From Pelomyxa schiedti (taxonomy: Eukaryota > Protista > Evosea): 64,000 nucleotides of DNA. The notes below the pieces were generated by a model. That model saw only the letters and a program-made list of their open reading frames with translations, made no database searches and was not told the DNA's origin. Within the stretch, counting starts at the first letter, position 1. Each line of letters begins with the position of its first letter. This document shows, piece after piece, positions 62,640 through 64,000 of this stretch. The stretch lies in NCBI GenBank assembly GCA_020536535.1, contig JAHLWZ010000799.1, positions 80,868 through 144,867 on the forward strand, given 5' to 3'. The translations under genes were made by a program, and so were the position numbers.

Positions 62640-64000
62640 AGGCACTACTCACTGAGAACATCCTCCAAAGGCAACGCATCACCTTCAGTCACATGCGGTA
62701 CAGAGAGAAGAGTGAGGGGTCGTTGATGTAACCCTTTGCTGCAACAACCGCACGCCACTCAAAGCGTCAAAAGGAGATCCAACAACATATTCCCATTATC
62801 CACCAATGCAATGAAACCGTGGTTGCAACGAAACTGGTCACTTCCTCTGACATGGAACACCCTCTGTGGTTGCTGTCACTCACAGAGTACAGCTCCAGAT
62901 TCATAGTGTCGGTTCCGTAACCAACCATCGCGGGCACGAGTACGTGGCTGTTGTCTATTTTGAGTGGTGGCGTGGCTTTGGGGCACCGGTCCATGCTCTG
63001 AACTGATGTTTGACAAAGTGAAGGTCCCAACAAGATAGCGAGAATGATACCAGGGATCCCTTGGCAGCTTTTTATCACCCAGGGTCCAAATCCAAGGCTT
63101 TTGTAGTTGTGGCTGTCAGGAAAGTTCATTCTCATGGCCGAGCTCATGTCTGATGACTGGTAGAGCACGCCCAGGTCCGCACGCTTTGTACAGTAGCCCT
63201 CACGCTCATGTGTCAGTGCGTACGCTTCATCCCCCTCAGTCAATTCCACCCATCGGATGGACTCGGAGCGCGGCCAGTCGACCTTCACCATGCCCCTCGG
63301 ATCGTCGCCGATCCTCCAAAGCATAATGCGTGTGTGTCCATACAGCACCGCCCACTCCCCCGTTCCGCGAGAGCCCACGCATCCCCGAGGAGCCCGCGCG
63401 CTTTATCCGTACTCCCGCCATCAGCCTGCTTTCTGGGCCTCCCCTGAACCTCTCCACGTCAACAAAGGCAGGCCCGTGCACCCCATGCCCGCGACCTGCC
63501 GACGAAGCTCGAAGATGCCGCCGGACCCCCAGCTCAAGGACAAGTTGAACGGGAAGCTTCCTCTCACGGATGTCTTGAGCAATAAGAGTTGGCAAATTTC
63601 GTGGTTGCCTCCTGCTGCAGCGTTACGCAGGCTATTCATGGAGGGCTCTCTTGGGTCGTAATCATCAAATATCAGGAACTTTTTAGACTTCTCAAAGACC
63701 TCAACCAGAGGAAGGGCCCCTGCGTAGCTTGCTATTTCAAGAAGTTCTCTGCGATAGTTGTGGGTTGTCATCATTGATGAGCTGTAGCAACCGGGTCAGT
63801 TGAGATTCAAACCTTGCCTTGTCTGCTTGATCTGTTGCACGTGACGCAGACCTCCAGGCAAGTGCAATTCCCATGCAGCTGGCAACGTACAGGTTTCTGT
63901 TGCGACCGTCCTGTAGAAGCCTGGTTGGAAGCAACTCGTTCTGGTCACTGCTGTTGAATAACACTCTGAACGGTGAATCTGACACCCATTCTTGAAGGAA
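62640..64000 (-). pseudogene. Frame-disrupted orphan gene with an ankyrin-like segment, partial
   Basis: Coding-like segments in different frames without evident introns (SLRNAAAGGNHEICQLLL; EWAVLYGHTRIMLWRI). Confidence 0.4.

Noticed and set aside
1-64000. CRISPR array, rRNA, or bacterial contamination for the nifU-fdhD locus
   Set aside because: No spaced repeats or rRNA motifs seen; nifU-fdhD carries spliceosomal introns and sits among eukaryotic genes.

Overview
Gene-dense eukaryotic genomic DNA with many short (about 45-60 nt) spliceosomal introns and two 100-N scaffold gaps. It is most consistent with an anaerobic archamoeba (Pelomyxa/Mastigamoeba-like); this is inferred from a Campylobacterota (epsilon-proteobacterial)-type NifU domain, amoebozoan-type cytoskeletal genes and expanded intronless orphan families. 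Recognisable genes: DH-PH RhoGEF, MINDY-3/4-type deubiquitinase with four RanBP2/NZF fingers, sphingosine-kinase-like lipid kinase, Byr4/Bfa1-like protein, FET/TAF15-like RNA-binding protein, glycogen branching enzyme, PRP19, MED6, an ABP34-like actin bundler, an EF-hand protein, a tweety/prominin-like membrane protein and a giant protein of roughly 2,700 aa. The most notable items are: (1) an intron-containing NifU(N-terminal scaffold)-FdhD fusion gene (44224-45995), which could couple the NIF cysteine desulfurase to molybdenum-cofactor sulfuration; (2) an F-box fused to a complete G-beta-like propeller; (3) fold-back-rich promoter regions, including a roughly 310-nt element with RNase P/MRP-like pseudoknot topology (54173-54486); (4) two GC-AG introns in PRP19, one long and structured; (5) a birth-and-death tandem orphan family with pseudogenes. 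All gene models were spliced by eye and all family assignments are from motif recognition, not database searches.
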